This document shows positions 10,015-22,223 of a stretch of DNA of 64,000 bases, piece by piece. The stretch is from Syntrophaceae bacterium UBA1411 (GTDB lineage Bacteria > Desulfobacterota > Syntrophia > Syntrophales > Smithellaceae). Where the stretch lies: NCBI GenBank assembly GCA_002304995.1, contig DBPV01000119.1, positions 1,429-65,428 on the forward strand, read 5' to 3'. A program made the translations under genes and the position numbers. The notes under the pieces were generated by a model. It had not been told where the DNA came from and searched no databases. It saw nothing but the letters and a program-made list of their open reading frames with translations. Positions within the stretch are counted from its first letter, which is position 1. Each line of letters starts with the position of its first letter.

Positions 10015-10060
10015 ATAAAAAAACAGCCGGAGCGGCGCCAGCCGCCCCGGCTGTTTTTTA
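10015..10060 (-). terminator. intrinsic terminator of ppdK (bidirectional architecture)
   Basis: AACAGCCGGAGCGGC...GCCGCCCCGGCTGTT forms a stem with one mismatch. It is flanked by an A-run on one side and TTTTTTAT on the other. It lies 20-60 nt past the ppdK stop. Confidence 0.75.
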
Positions 10061-10080
10061 TTTGGCGTTTCCGCGTTAAA

Positions 10081-13083
<3,003 letters not shown>

Positions 13084-13142
13084 ATCTTTATCTCCTTTAG
13101 AAAGAATTTCCTTGCAGAAGAAGCACGCATTAAGCGTTGAGT

Positions 13143-13171
13143 TTAATAAATGAAATGCACGGCACTGTAAA
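13143..13171 (-). promoter_or_regulatory. candidate sigma-70 promoter for ppdK
   Basis: On the minus strand: TTTACA-17 nt-TATTAA, about 60 nt upstream of the ATG. Confidence 0.4.
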
Positions 13172-13193
13172 GCGTTTTTTCTTTGCCCCATGT

Positions 13194-13226
13194 AAAAACC
13201 CCCGCCAGGGTGGGGCGGGGGCTTTT
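13194..13226 (-). terminator. intrinsic terminator after the small membrane protein gene
   Basis: On the minus strand: CCCCCGCC-loop-GGCGGGGG followed by TTTTTA. Confidence 0.6.
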
Positions 13227-13256
13227 ACTGCTGAAGCTATATAAAGAGGGAAGGGT

Positions 13257-13532
13257 TCAACTCAGCATCGCCTTGAGCGCATCGGCGACCGGCGCCGTGA
13301 ACAGCGCGACCAGGATGGTGAAAAGAGCAAAAGAACCGATCGCTTCACTTAAATAGAGTTTTTCATACTTGTTTTTTAAAGAAACAATGATCAGACCGCC
13401 GATGACCAGGCAGCCGAAATGGAAGAAGGGGAATCCGGCATTGCCGCCGGCGCTGAACTGGGCAAAGCTGAAAGTCGCCGTGGTCAGAACGATGAAGCCA
13501 ACCAAGAGAGATGTCTGTAAAATTCTTTTCAT
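13257..13532 (-). CDS. small membrane protein (91 aa), hypothetical
   Basis: SD AAGGAGGA lies before the ATG. Signal-like N-terminus MKRILQTSLLVGFIVLTTATFSFA, plus two further hydrophobic helices. Confidence 0.55.
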   Translation of the reverse strand: MKRILQTSLLVGFIVLTTATFSFAQFSAGGNAGFPFFHFGCLVIGGLIIVSLKNKYEKLYLSEAIGSFALFTILVALFTAPVADALKAMLS

Positions 13533-13868
13533 GATCCTGATCCTCCTTAGTTTGATGTAAAATCATTTGCCGCTTTCGCAAGTCTATTATGAAATAACCA
13601 TGCCAGAGTGAGAAAAATGCGGAGTGAAATTTGTAAGCTATTGATATCAGAAAGACATGGTATGTTTTACGGGTCTGCCGGGCAGACTTCGCCTGCGTTG
13701 CACATTTCGTTTGATTGAAAGAAACGTTCAACGCGTTTTCAAAAACGAAAAAAAACATCAAACGGCGGTCCGGAAACCGCCCGACTTCCCATCTTCTGCC
13801 ATCGGCCGGATTTCACTCTTCGCGGACCGCTTTACCATTGTCCGCCTCTGTGCTAGAAGCGAGACACC

Positions 13869-15944
13869 ATGAAAGAAAAAAGTCGCGATAAAACTCATTT
13901 TCGGCGGCGCCGCGCGGCTTCCGGCCCAGAGCCCGGGCGGGGGGCGGCAAGGCGATTTATGAAACCCGACATTGCGCCGGCGCTCAAAAGCGTTCTGGCC
14001 GGCATCGGCAAACCCGAGCCCCAACCGTTCGTTCCGGACTCCTTTCAGTTGGAGGCGCTGGCCGCCATCCGGCAAAACGATTGCCTGGTGATCGCCCCCA
14101 CCGGCTCCGGCAAGACGTGGATTGCGCGGGAGGCCATTTTGTCGGCGATGGAAAAAGGCGGACGCGCCTGGTATGCCTCGCCGCTCAAAGCCCTTTCCAA
14201 TTCCAAATGGGTGGAGTTCGGCCTGCATTTCGATTTCGAAAACGTCGGCATCATCACCGGCGACACCAAGGAAAACACAGAGGCGCCGATCATTGTCGGC
14301 ACAACGGAGATCCTGCGCAATCAACTGTACGACGCGATGCACCGCGGCGAGGATCTGGCCTGCGATCTGGTCATCCTCGACGAAGCGCACTTTTTGGGCG
14401 ACGCCGACCGCGGCGTGGTCTGGGAAGAGATTATGATTTACCTGCCGGCGCGGGTGAGCCTGCTTCTGCTTTCCGCCACGATCGGCAACGGCGACGAAAT
14501 CGCCGCGTGGCTTTCCTCCATCCGCAGCAAGCCCTGTTCGGTCGTACGCGAGGAAAAGCGCCCCGTGCCCCTGTATCCTCTGTTCCTGCATCCTGCGGGC
14601 TGTCTGCATCCCTTCCTGGAAGGAAAAAAATCCACGCCGGCCGTCTGCGAATTTTTGCATAAATCCGGCAGGGGCAGCCGCAAGCCGCCGGACTACGCGG
14701 GGATCATCCGCGTTCTGGAGCGGTTCAATCTTTTGCCGGCGATTTTTTTTCTCAAATCCCGCGCCGAGTGCGATGCGGCGCTCGCCTGCCGTGCGGGGCT
14801 GCCGCCCCTTCGGGAGGACGACGCTTTTGCCGGGGATCTCAGCGACATGATCGACCGCTTTCCCGGCTTGAGCAGCCACCGGCAGCTGAAGGCGCTGCAG
14901 TCCGCGGGACTGGCGGCGCATCACGGCGGGCAGCTGCCCGCCTGGAAGCTGCTGGTTGAGGAAATGATGAACCGGGGGCGCCTGCGGGTTATTTTTGCCA
15001 CCACGACCGTTGCGGCCGGCGTGAATTTTCCCGCGCGCACCATCGTGCTCTTCAATTCCGATCAGTTCAACGGCCGCGACTTTGCGCCTCTCACAGCCAC
15101 CGAATTCCGCCAGATGACCGGGCGGGCCGGCCGGCGCGGTCGGGACAAGATCGGTTTTATGCTGGCGGTGTCGGGGCGGTTCATGGATCTGGCCCACATC
15201 AGGAAAATGCTCCGGGCCGAGCCCGAGGACATCGCCAGCCGGTTGAAAAACGATTTTGGCATGGCGCTTAATCTGCTTTTGTCGCAGACGCCCGCCGGCG
15301 TTAAAAAAATATTTGAAAAATCGTTTGCCGCCTGGCAGCAGGACAGGACCGTCCGCCACGGTCTTTCCGCCGCCGAACGCCTGTGGCGGGATTTTTGCCT
15401 GCATCTGGATTTCCTCAAGCTGGAAGGATTTGTGGACGCGGACGGACGGCTGACCGACGACGGGCGCTGGGCCGCGCATCTGCGTCTGGACTATCCGCTT
15501 TTGGTTGCCCAGTGTCTGAGGGCGGATGCTTTTCCCGTGGAGGATGAAAAGCTTCTGGCGGCGGTGATGGCGGTTTTTGCCTATGACCGCGACGACGAGA
15601 TCACTCTGGGAATGAGCCGACCGCCGCGCAGTCTCGCGGCCGCCCTGCGCAGGATGCTTGCAGCCGTGCGGCCGATGGCGCGGCGGCTGGAAAAGGCGGG
15701 CTTCGCCACGGAGGAACTCATTTCGTCGGCCGGCCAGGCGATGTATGAATGGGCGCGGGGGCGCGCCTGGGACGATGTCATCCGTCTGACCGGCGTTGCC
15801 GAAGGGGACATGGCGTCGCTGGTTTTGCGCACGGCGGACAATCTGCGCCAGATCGTTTCGCTTCGGGACACGCATCCGGAAGCGGCGGCCTGCGCCCAGC
15901 GCGCGCGGGAGGCGATCCTGCGCGAACCGGTCCTGTTTCTGTAG
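13869..15944 (+). CDS. Ski2/HelY-like DEAH-box (SF2) helicase
   Basis: Walker A APTGSGKT. Motif II LVILDEAH. Motif III SAT. Ski2-family signature EEKRPVPL. Motif VI QMTGRAGRRG. The start is uncertain: 13869 or ATG at 13959. Confidence 0.88.
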   Translation: MKEKSRDKTHFRRRRAASGPEPGRGAARRFMKPDIAPALKSVLAGIGKPEPQPFVPDSFQLEALAAIRQNDCLVIAPTGSGKTWIAREAILSAMEKGGRAWYASPLKALSNSKWVEFGLHFDFENVGIITGDTKENTEAPIIVGTTEILRNQLYDAMHRGEDLACDLVILDEAHFLGDADRGVVWEEIMIYLPARVSLLLLSATIGNGDEIAAWLSSIRSKPCSVVREEKRPVPLYPLFLHPAGCLHPFLEGKKSTPAVCEFLHKSGRGSRKPPDYAGIIRVLERFNLLPAIFFLKSRAECDAALACRAGLPPLREDDAFAGDLSDMIDRFPGLSSHRQLKALQSAGLAAHHGGQLPAWKLLVEEMMNRGRLRVIFATTTVAAGVNFPARTIVLFNSDQFNGRDFAPLTATEFRQMTGRAGRRGRDKIGFMLAVSGRFMDLAHIRKMLRAEPEDIASRLKNDFGMALNLLLSQTPAGVKKIFEKSFAAWQQDRTVRHGLSAAERLWRDFCLHLDFLKLEGFVDADGRLTDDGRWAAHLRLDYPLLVAQCLRADAFPVEDEKLLAAVMAVFAYDRDDEITLGMSRPPRSLAAALRRMLAAVRPMARRLEKAGFATEELISSAGQAMYEWARGRAWDDVIRLTGVAEGDMASLVLRTADNLRQIVSLRDTHPEAAACAQRAREAILREPVLFL

Positions 15945-16039
15945 GGAACGGTCGTGACCGTTCCGCAATGATGGTCGTGATTGCAGGGAACAGTCGCGAC
16001 CGTTCCGCAGAGGTCGTAACCGTTCCTTAGATGTCGCGG
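15944..16039. repeat. intergenic array of phased short repeats and 20-bp palindromes
   Basis: GTCG(T/C)(G/A)(A/G) cores at 15951, 15974, 15993, 16013 and 16033, spaced 23/19/20/20 nt. Palindromes GGAACGGTC-GT-GACCGTTCC (15945-15964) and GGAACAGTC-GC-GACCGTTCC (15987-16006). Confidence 0.7.
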
Positions 16040-16081
16040 GTACAGTCTGAAGGGAAAGCAAGGTATTGTGGCGGACCGCCC

Positions 16082-17254
16082 ATGCTTAAAAAAATAGGAT
16101 TGATCATAGCCATTGGACTTTCCCTCTCCACCTCTGTTTTCGGGATGGAGGCGAAGACGGCGGAGCCGTCCAATGGCCGATATCAAAGCTGTCTTTTGCA
16201 GGGGATACAGAAATCCTTCAATCTCGATGAAAACGGCGCCGATGCTCTGCTTCGGAAAGCCGCCGAACTGGAGCCGGACAATCCCATGGCGTATGCGCTT
16301 CAGGCCATGCTGCATCTTTTTGCCTATGAGATGTGCTTCACGCTTGAGCAGCGCCGCAAAGAAAAGGAGGCGATCTTTTTCTATACCGGGGAAGCGCTGG
16401 CCAGAGGTGAAAAAAGACTCTTTGCCAATCCCAGGGATTCTCAGGTGTATTTTGCCGTCGCACTGGCCAAAATCGCCCGGGTGCACTGGGCGATTTCGGA
16501 AAAACGCTACCTCGTCATGGCGCAGGAGACGTTCAATGTCTGGAATTCGCTGGAGGCGGCCAAATCCGCCGATCCCGCCAATTACGACGCGGATTATCTG
16601 ACGGGATTTCTCCGCTATACCATCGATCATTTCCGCGGCGTGACCGGATGGCTGTCATCGCTTTTGATCACGCAGGGAAACCGCCAAAAGGGGCTTCAGG
16701 AACTGCAGGCGGCGGCGCAAAAAGGCATTTTGATGCGCGACATGGCGCAGATCCAACTGGCGGGCATTTACCTTGCGTATGAAAAGCAGCCGGCCCGGTC
16801 TCTGGCCATCATCGAGCCGCTCAGGAAAAAGTATCCCGACAACTACAGCTTTCACTTCATGCAGGGACTGGCGCTGATGGAGCTCAGACGTTTTGCGGAA
16901 GCGCAGGCCGTGGCGGAGGAGATCCGGGAGCGCATCAGCGCCGGCAAGCCGCCCTACGTTCGTGAACTCGAACCGCGCTATTTTCTTCTGGCGGGACGGA
17001 TTGCGCAGAAAAAAAAGGAGTACGACCGGGCCGGAGCTTTCTATCAGAAGGCCATGGCGGATTCGTCCTTTTACAATGTCCGCACCGCTGCCCGGGCGCT
17101 TTTATACCTGGGAACGCTCGCCGACCTGCGCCGGGACAGAAAAACGGCGCTGGAGTACTACAATCGGGTTGCCAATATGCAAGGCGTTGACGCGGGAGCC
17201 CGCCTGGAGGCTCAAAGATACGGCAAATCGCCGTACCGCGAAAACGGCGAGTGA
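16082..17254 (+). CDS. secreted TPR-like repeat protein
   Basis: Signal peptide MLKKIGLIIAIGLSLSTSVFG. Helical TPR-like repeats, especially at the C-terminus (...AGAFYQKAMAD...ALEYYNRVANM). I trimmed the start to ATG 16082. Confidence 0.75.
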   Translation: MLKKIGLIIAIGLSLSTSVFGMEAKTAEPSNGRYQSCLLQGIQKSFNLDENGADALLRKAAELEPDNPMAYALQAMLHLFAYEMCFTLEQRRKEKEAIFFYTGEALARGEKRLFANPRDSQVYFAVALAKIARVHWAISEKRYLVMAQETFNVWNSLEAAKSADPANYDADYLTGFLRYTIDHFRGVTGWLSSLLITQGNRQKGLQELQAAAQKGILMRDMAQIQLAGIYLAYEKQPARSLAIIEPLRKKYPDNYSFHFMQGLALMELRRFAEAQAVAEEIRERISAGKPPYVRELEPRYFLLAGRIAQKKKEYDRAGAFYQKAMADSSFYNVRTAARALLYLGTLADLRRDRKTALEYYNRVANMQGVDAGARLEAQRYGKSPYRENGE

Positions 17255-17265
17255 GCCCGCAGCGG

Positions 17266-17691
17266 TTAATTCGGGCAGAAGCCGTGCGACCATTCGCCCA
17301 CGCCGGTGCCCTTTTTGCAGATTTTCACGTTCACGTTTTGAGCGCAGGATTTGCCGCCCGCCACCGAACTCTGGTAATCGGCGCCGTCGCAGGTCCTTCC
17401 CTGGACGCGGGTGTAGTAGGTCGATCCCCAGGACGCCATATTGCAGCGTCCATCAATGTAGCTGATGTTGCCTGTGAAATGCGAGGTTATCGTTTGGCCC
17501 GGCGTGATGTTGAAAATATTTTGGCTGCCGCCCGAGCCATAAGCAACGATTTCACATTTCGCATATTCCACACTGGACGGAAAATAAACGATCCAGTCAT
17601 AAGCGTGAACGGCGGATGCGGCGACAATTCCCAAAATGATCAGAACAGCGGGGAAAAGAGCTTTTTTCGGAGATAATCTGCTGCGGAACAT
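17266..17691 (-). CDS. secreted Cys-containing hypothetical protein (141 aa)
   Basis: ATG 17691 with SD AGGAGG. Signal peptide ...[14 protein letters not shown]. Six Cys in the mature part. I recognised no family. Confidence 0.6.
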   Translation of the reverse strand: MFRSRLSPKKALFPAVLIILGIVAASAVHAYDWIVYFPSSVEYAKCEIVAYGSGGSQNIFNITPGQTITSHFTGNISYIDGRCNMASWGSTYYTRVQGRTCDGADYQSSVAGGKSCAQNVNVKICKKGTGVGEWSHGFCPN

Positions 17692-17875
17692 GACGATGCC
17701 TCCTGTAAAGGGATTTGGAAGATCTCCCGGTACCACAGACGCGGGGGCAATTCAAGACTCTTTTGCCGTCACGCCACTTGCAAAGCGCTTTCTGGAAAAG
17801 TCCGCCGCCGGCCGCGACGAAGCAAAGAAGGTGTTGCATTTTCAAACACCACGCATTATGGACTGTCCGGGTGTT

Positions 17876-19870
17876 ATGGATACGTTTTCATTAGTCACAG
17901 ATTTCATTCCGTCGGGCGATCAGCCGCAGGCCATCGACCGGCTGGCGGAAGGGCTGGCCGGCGGGCAAGACCACCAGGTGCTCCTGGGGGTCACCGGCTC
18001 CGGCAAGACCTTCACCATTGCCAATGTGATTGCCAAAGTGGGCCGACCCGCGCTGGTCATCGCGCACAACAAAACGCTGGCCGCGCAGTTGTTCGAGGAA
18101 TTCAAGAGCCTGTTTCCCGAAAATGCCGTTGAATACTTCGTCAGCTACTACGACTACTACCAGCCGGAAGCCTATCTGCCGGCCACCGACACTTACATTG
18201 AAAAAGACTCGGCGATTAACGAGGAGATCGACAAACTGCGCCATGCGGCGACTTACGCGCTTTTGACCCGGCGCGACGTCATCATCGTGGCCAGCGTTTC
18301 GTGCATTTACGGTTTGGGATCGCCCGAAGCGTACCTGGGAATGATCGTCCAGCTCGAAGTGGGAAAGGAGATTCCCCGCGAGGAGATTTTAAAGCGGCTC
18401 GTTGAAATCCAGTACGAACGAAACGACATCGATTTTCACCGCGGCACGTTCCGCGTGCGCGGCGACGTGGTGGAAATCTTTCCGCCCTACGAAGACGAGC
18501 GGGCGCTGCGTCTGGAGTTTTTCGGCGACACCCTTGAGGCGATTTATCAGATCGATCCGCTGCGCGGAAAAAAGCTCGGGTCGCTTTCCCGGATTGCCGT
18601 CTATCCCGGCAGCCACTATGTGTCCTCGCGGGACAATCTCAAGCGCGCCGTGGCCGATATCCGCGCGGAACTGGCCTGTGTGCTGGCCGCCTGGAAGGCC
18701 GAAAACAAGCTTCTGGAGGCGCAGCGCCTGGAGCAGCGGACCAACTTCGATCTGGAGATGATGGAAGAGATGGGCTACTGCCAGGGCATCGAAAACTATT
18801 CGCGCCATCTCACCGGCCGCAGGCCCGGCGAGCCGCCGCCGACGCTGATGGAGTACCTGCCCGAGGACGCCCTCATCATCATCGACGAAAGCCACGCCAC
18901 GCTGCCGCAGCTCGCGGGCATGTTCCGGGGCGACCGCTCCCGCAAGGAAACGCTCGTGAAATACGGATTCCGCCTGCCGTCCGCGCTGGACAACCGGCCC
19001 CTGACCTTCGAGGAATACGAGGCGCTTGCCCATCAGCGAATTTACATTTCCGCCACGCCGGCCCAGTATGAAATGGTCAAGGCCCGGGGCGTGCGCGTGG
19101 AGCAGATCATCCGCCCGACCGGCCTGATGGACCCGGAAATCGTCGTGAAGCCGGCCGCCCGGCAGGTGGACGACCTGCTCGAGGAAATCCGCATCCGCGT
19201 GAAAAAAGACGAACGCGTACTGGTCACGACGCTGACCAAGCGCATGGCGGAAAACCTCACCGATTATTACAGCGGTCTGGGCATCCGCGTGCGCTACCTG
19301 CATTCCGATATTCACACGCTGGAGCGCGTCGGCATCATCCGCGATCTGCGCCTGGGGGAATTCGACGTGCTGGTGGGCGTGAACCTCCTGCGCGAGGGGC
19401 TCGACATTCCCGAAGTGTCGCTCGTGGCGATTCTGGACGCGGACAAGGAAGGATTTCTGCGCTCGGAACGGTCGCTCATTCAAACGAGCGGACGCGCCGC
19501 GCGCAACGTTTCCGGAAAAGTCATCATGTACGCCGACAAGATCACGCGGTCCATTCAGGCCTGTCTGGACGAAACGCACCGCCGCCGCGCCCTGCAGAGC
19601 CAATACAACGAAGAGCACAACATCACGCCGGAGACGATTAAAAAGTCGATCATGAACGTGCTGGGGTCCATCTACGAAGCCGATTACGTCACGATTCCGG
19701 CGGACGACAAAGCCGGAAGGCTGACGCCCGCGGAAGAAGATTTGCCTGCTCTGGTTCAGAAACTCACAGCGGAAATGAAGCAGGCGGCCAGGGACCTGGC
19801 GTTTGAAAAAGCCGCCGCCCTGCGCGACGAAATCAAGGAACTCAACAAAATCCTGATAGAGATGGGGTAG
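17876..19870 (+). CDS. uvrB: excinuclease ABC subunit B
   Basis: [24 protein letters not shown], beta-hairpin region [10 protein letters not shown], helicase motifs. C-terminal UVR domain [15 protein letters not shown] trimmed the start to ATG 17876; ATG 17858 is also possible. Confidence 0.95.
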   Translation: MDTFSLVTDFIPSGDQPQAIDRLAEGLAGGQDHQVLLGVTGSGKTFTIANVIAKVGRPALVIAHNKTLAAQLFEEFKSLFPENAVEYFVSYYDYYQPEAYLPATDTYIEKDSAINEEIDKLRHAATYALLTRRDVIIVASVSCIYGLGSPEAYLGMIVQLEVGKEIPREEILKRLVEIQYERNDIDFHRGTFRVRGDVVEIFPPYEDERALRLEFFGDTLEAIYQIDPLRGKKLGSLSRIAVYPGSHYVSSRDNLKRAVADIRAELACVLAAWKAENKLLEAQRLEQRTNFDLEMMEEMGYCQGIENYSRHLTGRRPGEPPPTLMEYLPEDALIIIDESHATLPQLAGMFRGDRSRKETLVKYGFRLPSALDNRPLTFEEYEALAHQRIYISATPAQYEMVKARGVRVEQIIRPTGLMDPEIVVKPAARQVDDLLEEIRIRVKKDERVLVTTLTKRMAENLTDYYSGLGIRVRYLHSDIHTLERVGIIRDLRLGEFDVLVGVNLLREGLDIPEVSLVAILDADKEGFLRSERSLIQTSGRAARNVSGKVIMYADKITRSIQACLDETHRRRALQSQYNEEHNITPETIKKSIMNVLGSIYEADYVTIPADDKAGRLTPAEEDLPALVQKLTAEMKQAARDLAFEKAAALRDEIKELNKILIEMG

Positions 19871-19897
19871 GGACCTTCTTTAAAAAACCGGAGGCGG

Positions 19898-21277
19898 TTA
19901 ATACTGAATGATGACCTCGTCGGGCTTGAAGGGATAGTCCGCGGGATCGCTGATGTAATTTTCAATTCCCCGGAAGGTGACGGTTGTGCCGCCGCTCGTC
20001 ACGTCAAGTCCGTCGCGGGCAATCACCATGCCGGTAAAAAAGGCGCCGCTGAAGGTGACTTTCCCGTAAGGGGCGTAAAGAACGCCCGTCAGACCGCTTC
20101 CGCCGAGTCCGGTGATGCTGATATTTCCTTTGCTGGCGATGATGACGTTTTCGGCGGTCGGGCGCCAGGAGGAGGAAATGTAGTTTCCTTCGGTGAATAT
20201 CTTAAGATTGCTCACCAATGTGCCGGACGACACGTATCCTTTGGAGGCAAACCAGCTTGCCTCCCGCGGAGCGGGGATGGCGTAGGCCGGCATTGTGAAG
20301 GAAGGAAAAGACTGAACGCTGCCATAGGGAATTTTATGGCATTTGGCCAGAATCCCGGTATTGTAGTTTGCCGGATGGGTCAGCGCGCCTGTGTAATAGA
20401 TATTGGTTCCGGCCGACAGGGTCGGTGTCCAGCCCAGCGTCACGTTGCCGTTGACGTAAATATTCCCATAGATGCGCGCGTCTTTGAGGCGGAGATTTCC
20501 GTTGACGTAAACGTCTCCGTAAACGTTTCTTGTACCGCTCCAGAGGGTTAAATCGCCGTTGATGTAGATGTTGCCGGGCTGGCTTGGCGATCCCAGGCCG
20601 GCGCTGCCGCCGTTGAGTTCCACGTATCCGTCCACGTAGATCGTCGTGGCGGCGATCGACGCCCCCAGGTTGATCTGGTCCGTGTCCAGGGGCCCCCGGA
20701 TGACCACGGTTGCGCCCGGCCCGTTGACTGCGCCGCCGGCAAAACTCACGGCGCTGCCGTAAACAAAGACATTGTTGTCCTCGACGAACGCGACGAACTC
20801 TTCCGTATCCTGGCTGGGTGTCGGGCTGGTGCGGCTGATGCCCGTCGTTCCGCCGAACGTGATCTTGCGTTTGGCCTCCATCCACGTGCCTGCGTGAACC
20901 ACGCCGGTGGATTCGACGACGACGCGGGTCAGATCCACATTGCCGTCTTTATCGATAAAATCGTAGCTCGTCAGAATGAAGCGGTCGCCGTTCGCGAGCG
21001 TAAAAGTCGTCGGAGGGTTGACGTTTTTTTTGCCGCCCGGATAGAAAGACGGATTGGCGATGTTCTCGGCCAGGAGTTTTTGCGCCCAGCGGCCGCCCGC
21101 CTCGGCCAGGTAGTAGGCCCTGGCCTGACGGTTGCCGAAGAGCTCCGTGAAGGTCGACGTCGTTGTGAAGTAGATGAGCCCGGCGCCCAGAATCGCTACG
21201 AGGGTAATGGCGATAATCACAGTGATCAGAACGGATCCTCCGGAAGAGGCTGTCTTTGTCATGGTTTTGTTCCTCAC
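19898..21277 (-). CDS. PilX/GspK-like large minor pseudopilin with a beta-helix-like repeat region
   Basis: N-terminal hydrophobic helix SVLITVIIAITLVAILGAGLIYF followed by ARAYYLAEAG, which is PilX_N-like. Residues ~165-300 carry repeated (I/V)Y(I/V)(N/D)G(N/D/Y)(L/V) units. GTGA start/stop overlap with the upstream gene; an alternative ATG lies at 21262. Confidence 0.75.
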   Translation of the reverse strand: MRNKTMTKTASSGGSVLITVIIAITLVAILGAGLIYFTTTSTFTELFGNRQARAYYLAEAGGRWAQKLLAENIANPSFYPGGKKNVNPPTTFTLANGDRFILTSYDFIDKDGNVDLTRVVVESTGVVHAGTWMEAKRKITFGGTTGISRTSPTPSQDTEEFVAFVEDNNVFVYGSAVSFAGGAVNGPGATVVIRGPLDTDQINLGASIAATTIYVDGYVELNGGSAGLGSPSQPGNIYINGDLTLWSGTRNVYGDVYVNGNLRLKDARIYGNIYVNGNVTLGWTPTLSAGTNIYYTGALTHPANYNTGILAKCHKIPYGSVQSFPSFTMPAYAIPAPREASWFASKGYVSSGTLVSNLKIFTEGNYISSSWRPTAENVIIASKGNISITGLGGSGLTGVLYAPYGKVTFSGAFFTGMVIARDGLDVTSGGTTVTFRGIENYISDPADYPFKPDEVIIQY

Positions 21278-21795
21278 GGCTGAATGTTTCTCGGGACGAT
21301 CCGCTGCGTAAATGTTTTGACCACGCCGTCCGCGGCAATCAGCCTGAGACGGACGGAAAGAATTCTGGCGCTGGCCGGCGCGGATTGTCCTTCTTCCGGA
21401 TCCTCGTAATTGACGTAATACTGAAACCGCAATCCGTCGCCCGGGGCAACCTGATCGGTGAGGACGAAAAAATTTCCGTCTCCTTCGGATAGCTCCACGT
21501 TGCCGCCGTTTAAACGGAGAATGCGCGTCTTCTCGACTTTATCCTTGAAGGAATTAAAGACGACGCTGGTTTCGTTTGAGGCCGGCAAAATGGCAGTGGT
21601 GTTTTTCAACTCCAGGGCGATGCGTGTTGCGGCCATCTGTCCCTTCTGGAGGGCGGCGGCGTTTGTTTTGACGAACAGATGTCCCTCCACAAGCCGCGCC
21701 ACGCCCATTCCGACGCCGATGGCCAGAATCGCCGCGAGGATGATCGAGACCAGAACCTCGATCAGCGTAAATCCTCTGTTTGTCCGTGTCGTCAT
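21274..21795 (-). CDS. prepilin-type N-terminal cleavage/methylation domain protein (PilW/GspJ-like)
   Basis: MTTRTNRG|FTLIEVLVSIILAAILAIG is the class-III signal motif. ATG 21795 with SD AAGGA. The track ORF begins at TTG 21810. Confidence 0.75.
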   Translation of the reverse strand: MTTRTNRGFTLIEVLVSIILAAILAIGVGMGVARLVEGHLFVKTNAAALQKGQMAATRIALELKNTTAILPASNETSVVFNSFKDKVEKTRILRLNGGNVELSEGDGNFFVLTDQVAPGDGLRFQYYVNYEDPEEGQSAPASARILSVRLRLIAADGVVKTFTQRIVPRNIQP

Positions 21796-21806
21796 GCGGC
21801 GTCCTT

Positions 21807-22223
21807 TCAAAACTGAACAAAAACCATGGTGAGCGTTTCATTCTGGTCGTTTTTGATCGTGACCTTGAGCGTTTTCTGATCCGGCGGCGTGTCGCTTTCC
21901 ACGTTGTTGATAAAAGTGACGTATCGGTTGGCGACGACGGTGTAGCTGCCGTAAGCGTTCGTTTTTTCCGCTCCCTCTTCACCGATCTTTGTTTTCAGGC
22001 CGGCGAGGCTTCCGGTGAAATTGTGCCTGTAATCGGCGGAAATATTTTCGCCGACCCGTTCGAGCGTCAGAGATTTATCGAGCAGGGAAAACGGATCGGA
22101 GCTGGCGGTCAAAGGCGATCCCAGCCACTGGAAAACAATGACCCCCAGGACGGCCAGGACGGTCAGCGTGATGATGACTTCGATCAGCGAAAATCCGTTT
22201 TGGTAAACCGGCTGTCTGTTCAT
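21807..22223 (-). CDS. prepilin-type N-terminal cleavage/methylation domain protein (PilV/GspI-like)
   Basis: MNRQPVYQNG|FSLIEVIITLTVLAVLGVI. ATGA overlap with the upstream gene. Confidence 0.8.
   Translation of the reverse strand: MNRQPVYQNGFSLIEVIITLTVLAVLGVIVFQWLGSPLTASSDPFSLLDKSLTLERVGENISADYRHNFTGSLAGLKTKIGEEGAEKTNAYGSYTVVANRYVTFINNVESDTPPDQKTLKVTIKNDQNETLTMVFVQF

Noticed and set aside
9808-10018. Overlapping 68-aa (minus) and 61-aa (plus, TTG start) ORFs between the 15-bp hairpin and the ppdK terminator
   Set aside because: They are mutually exclusive ORFs on opposite strands. Neither has an SD or a recognisable motif. This may be non-coding 3' sequence or a gene remnant.
15944-16039. 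Possible CRISPR array or mini-satellite
   Set aside because: The units are only ~20 nt, degenerate and contiguous, with no unique spacers. No cas genes are present. I describe it as a phased repeat/palindrome array instead.
13758-16061. 767-aa minus-strand ORF opposite the Ski2-like helicase gene
   Set aside because: Same high-GC antisense artefact: Arg/Gly/Pro/Gln-rich, no domain, no SD. The plus strand carries all the SF2 helicase motifs.
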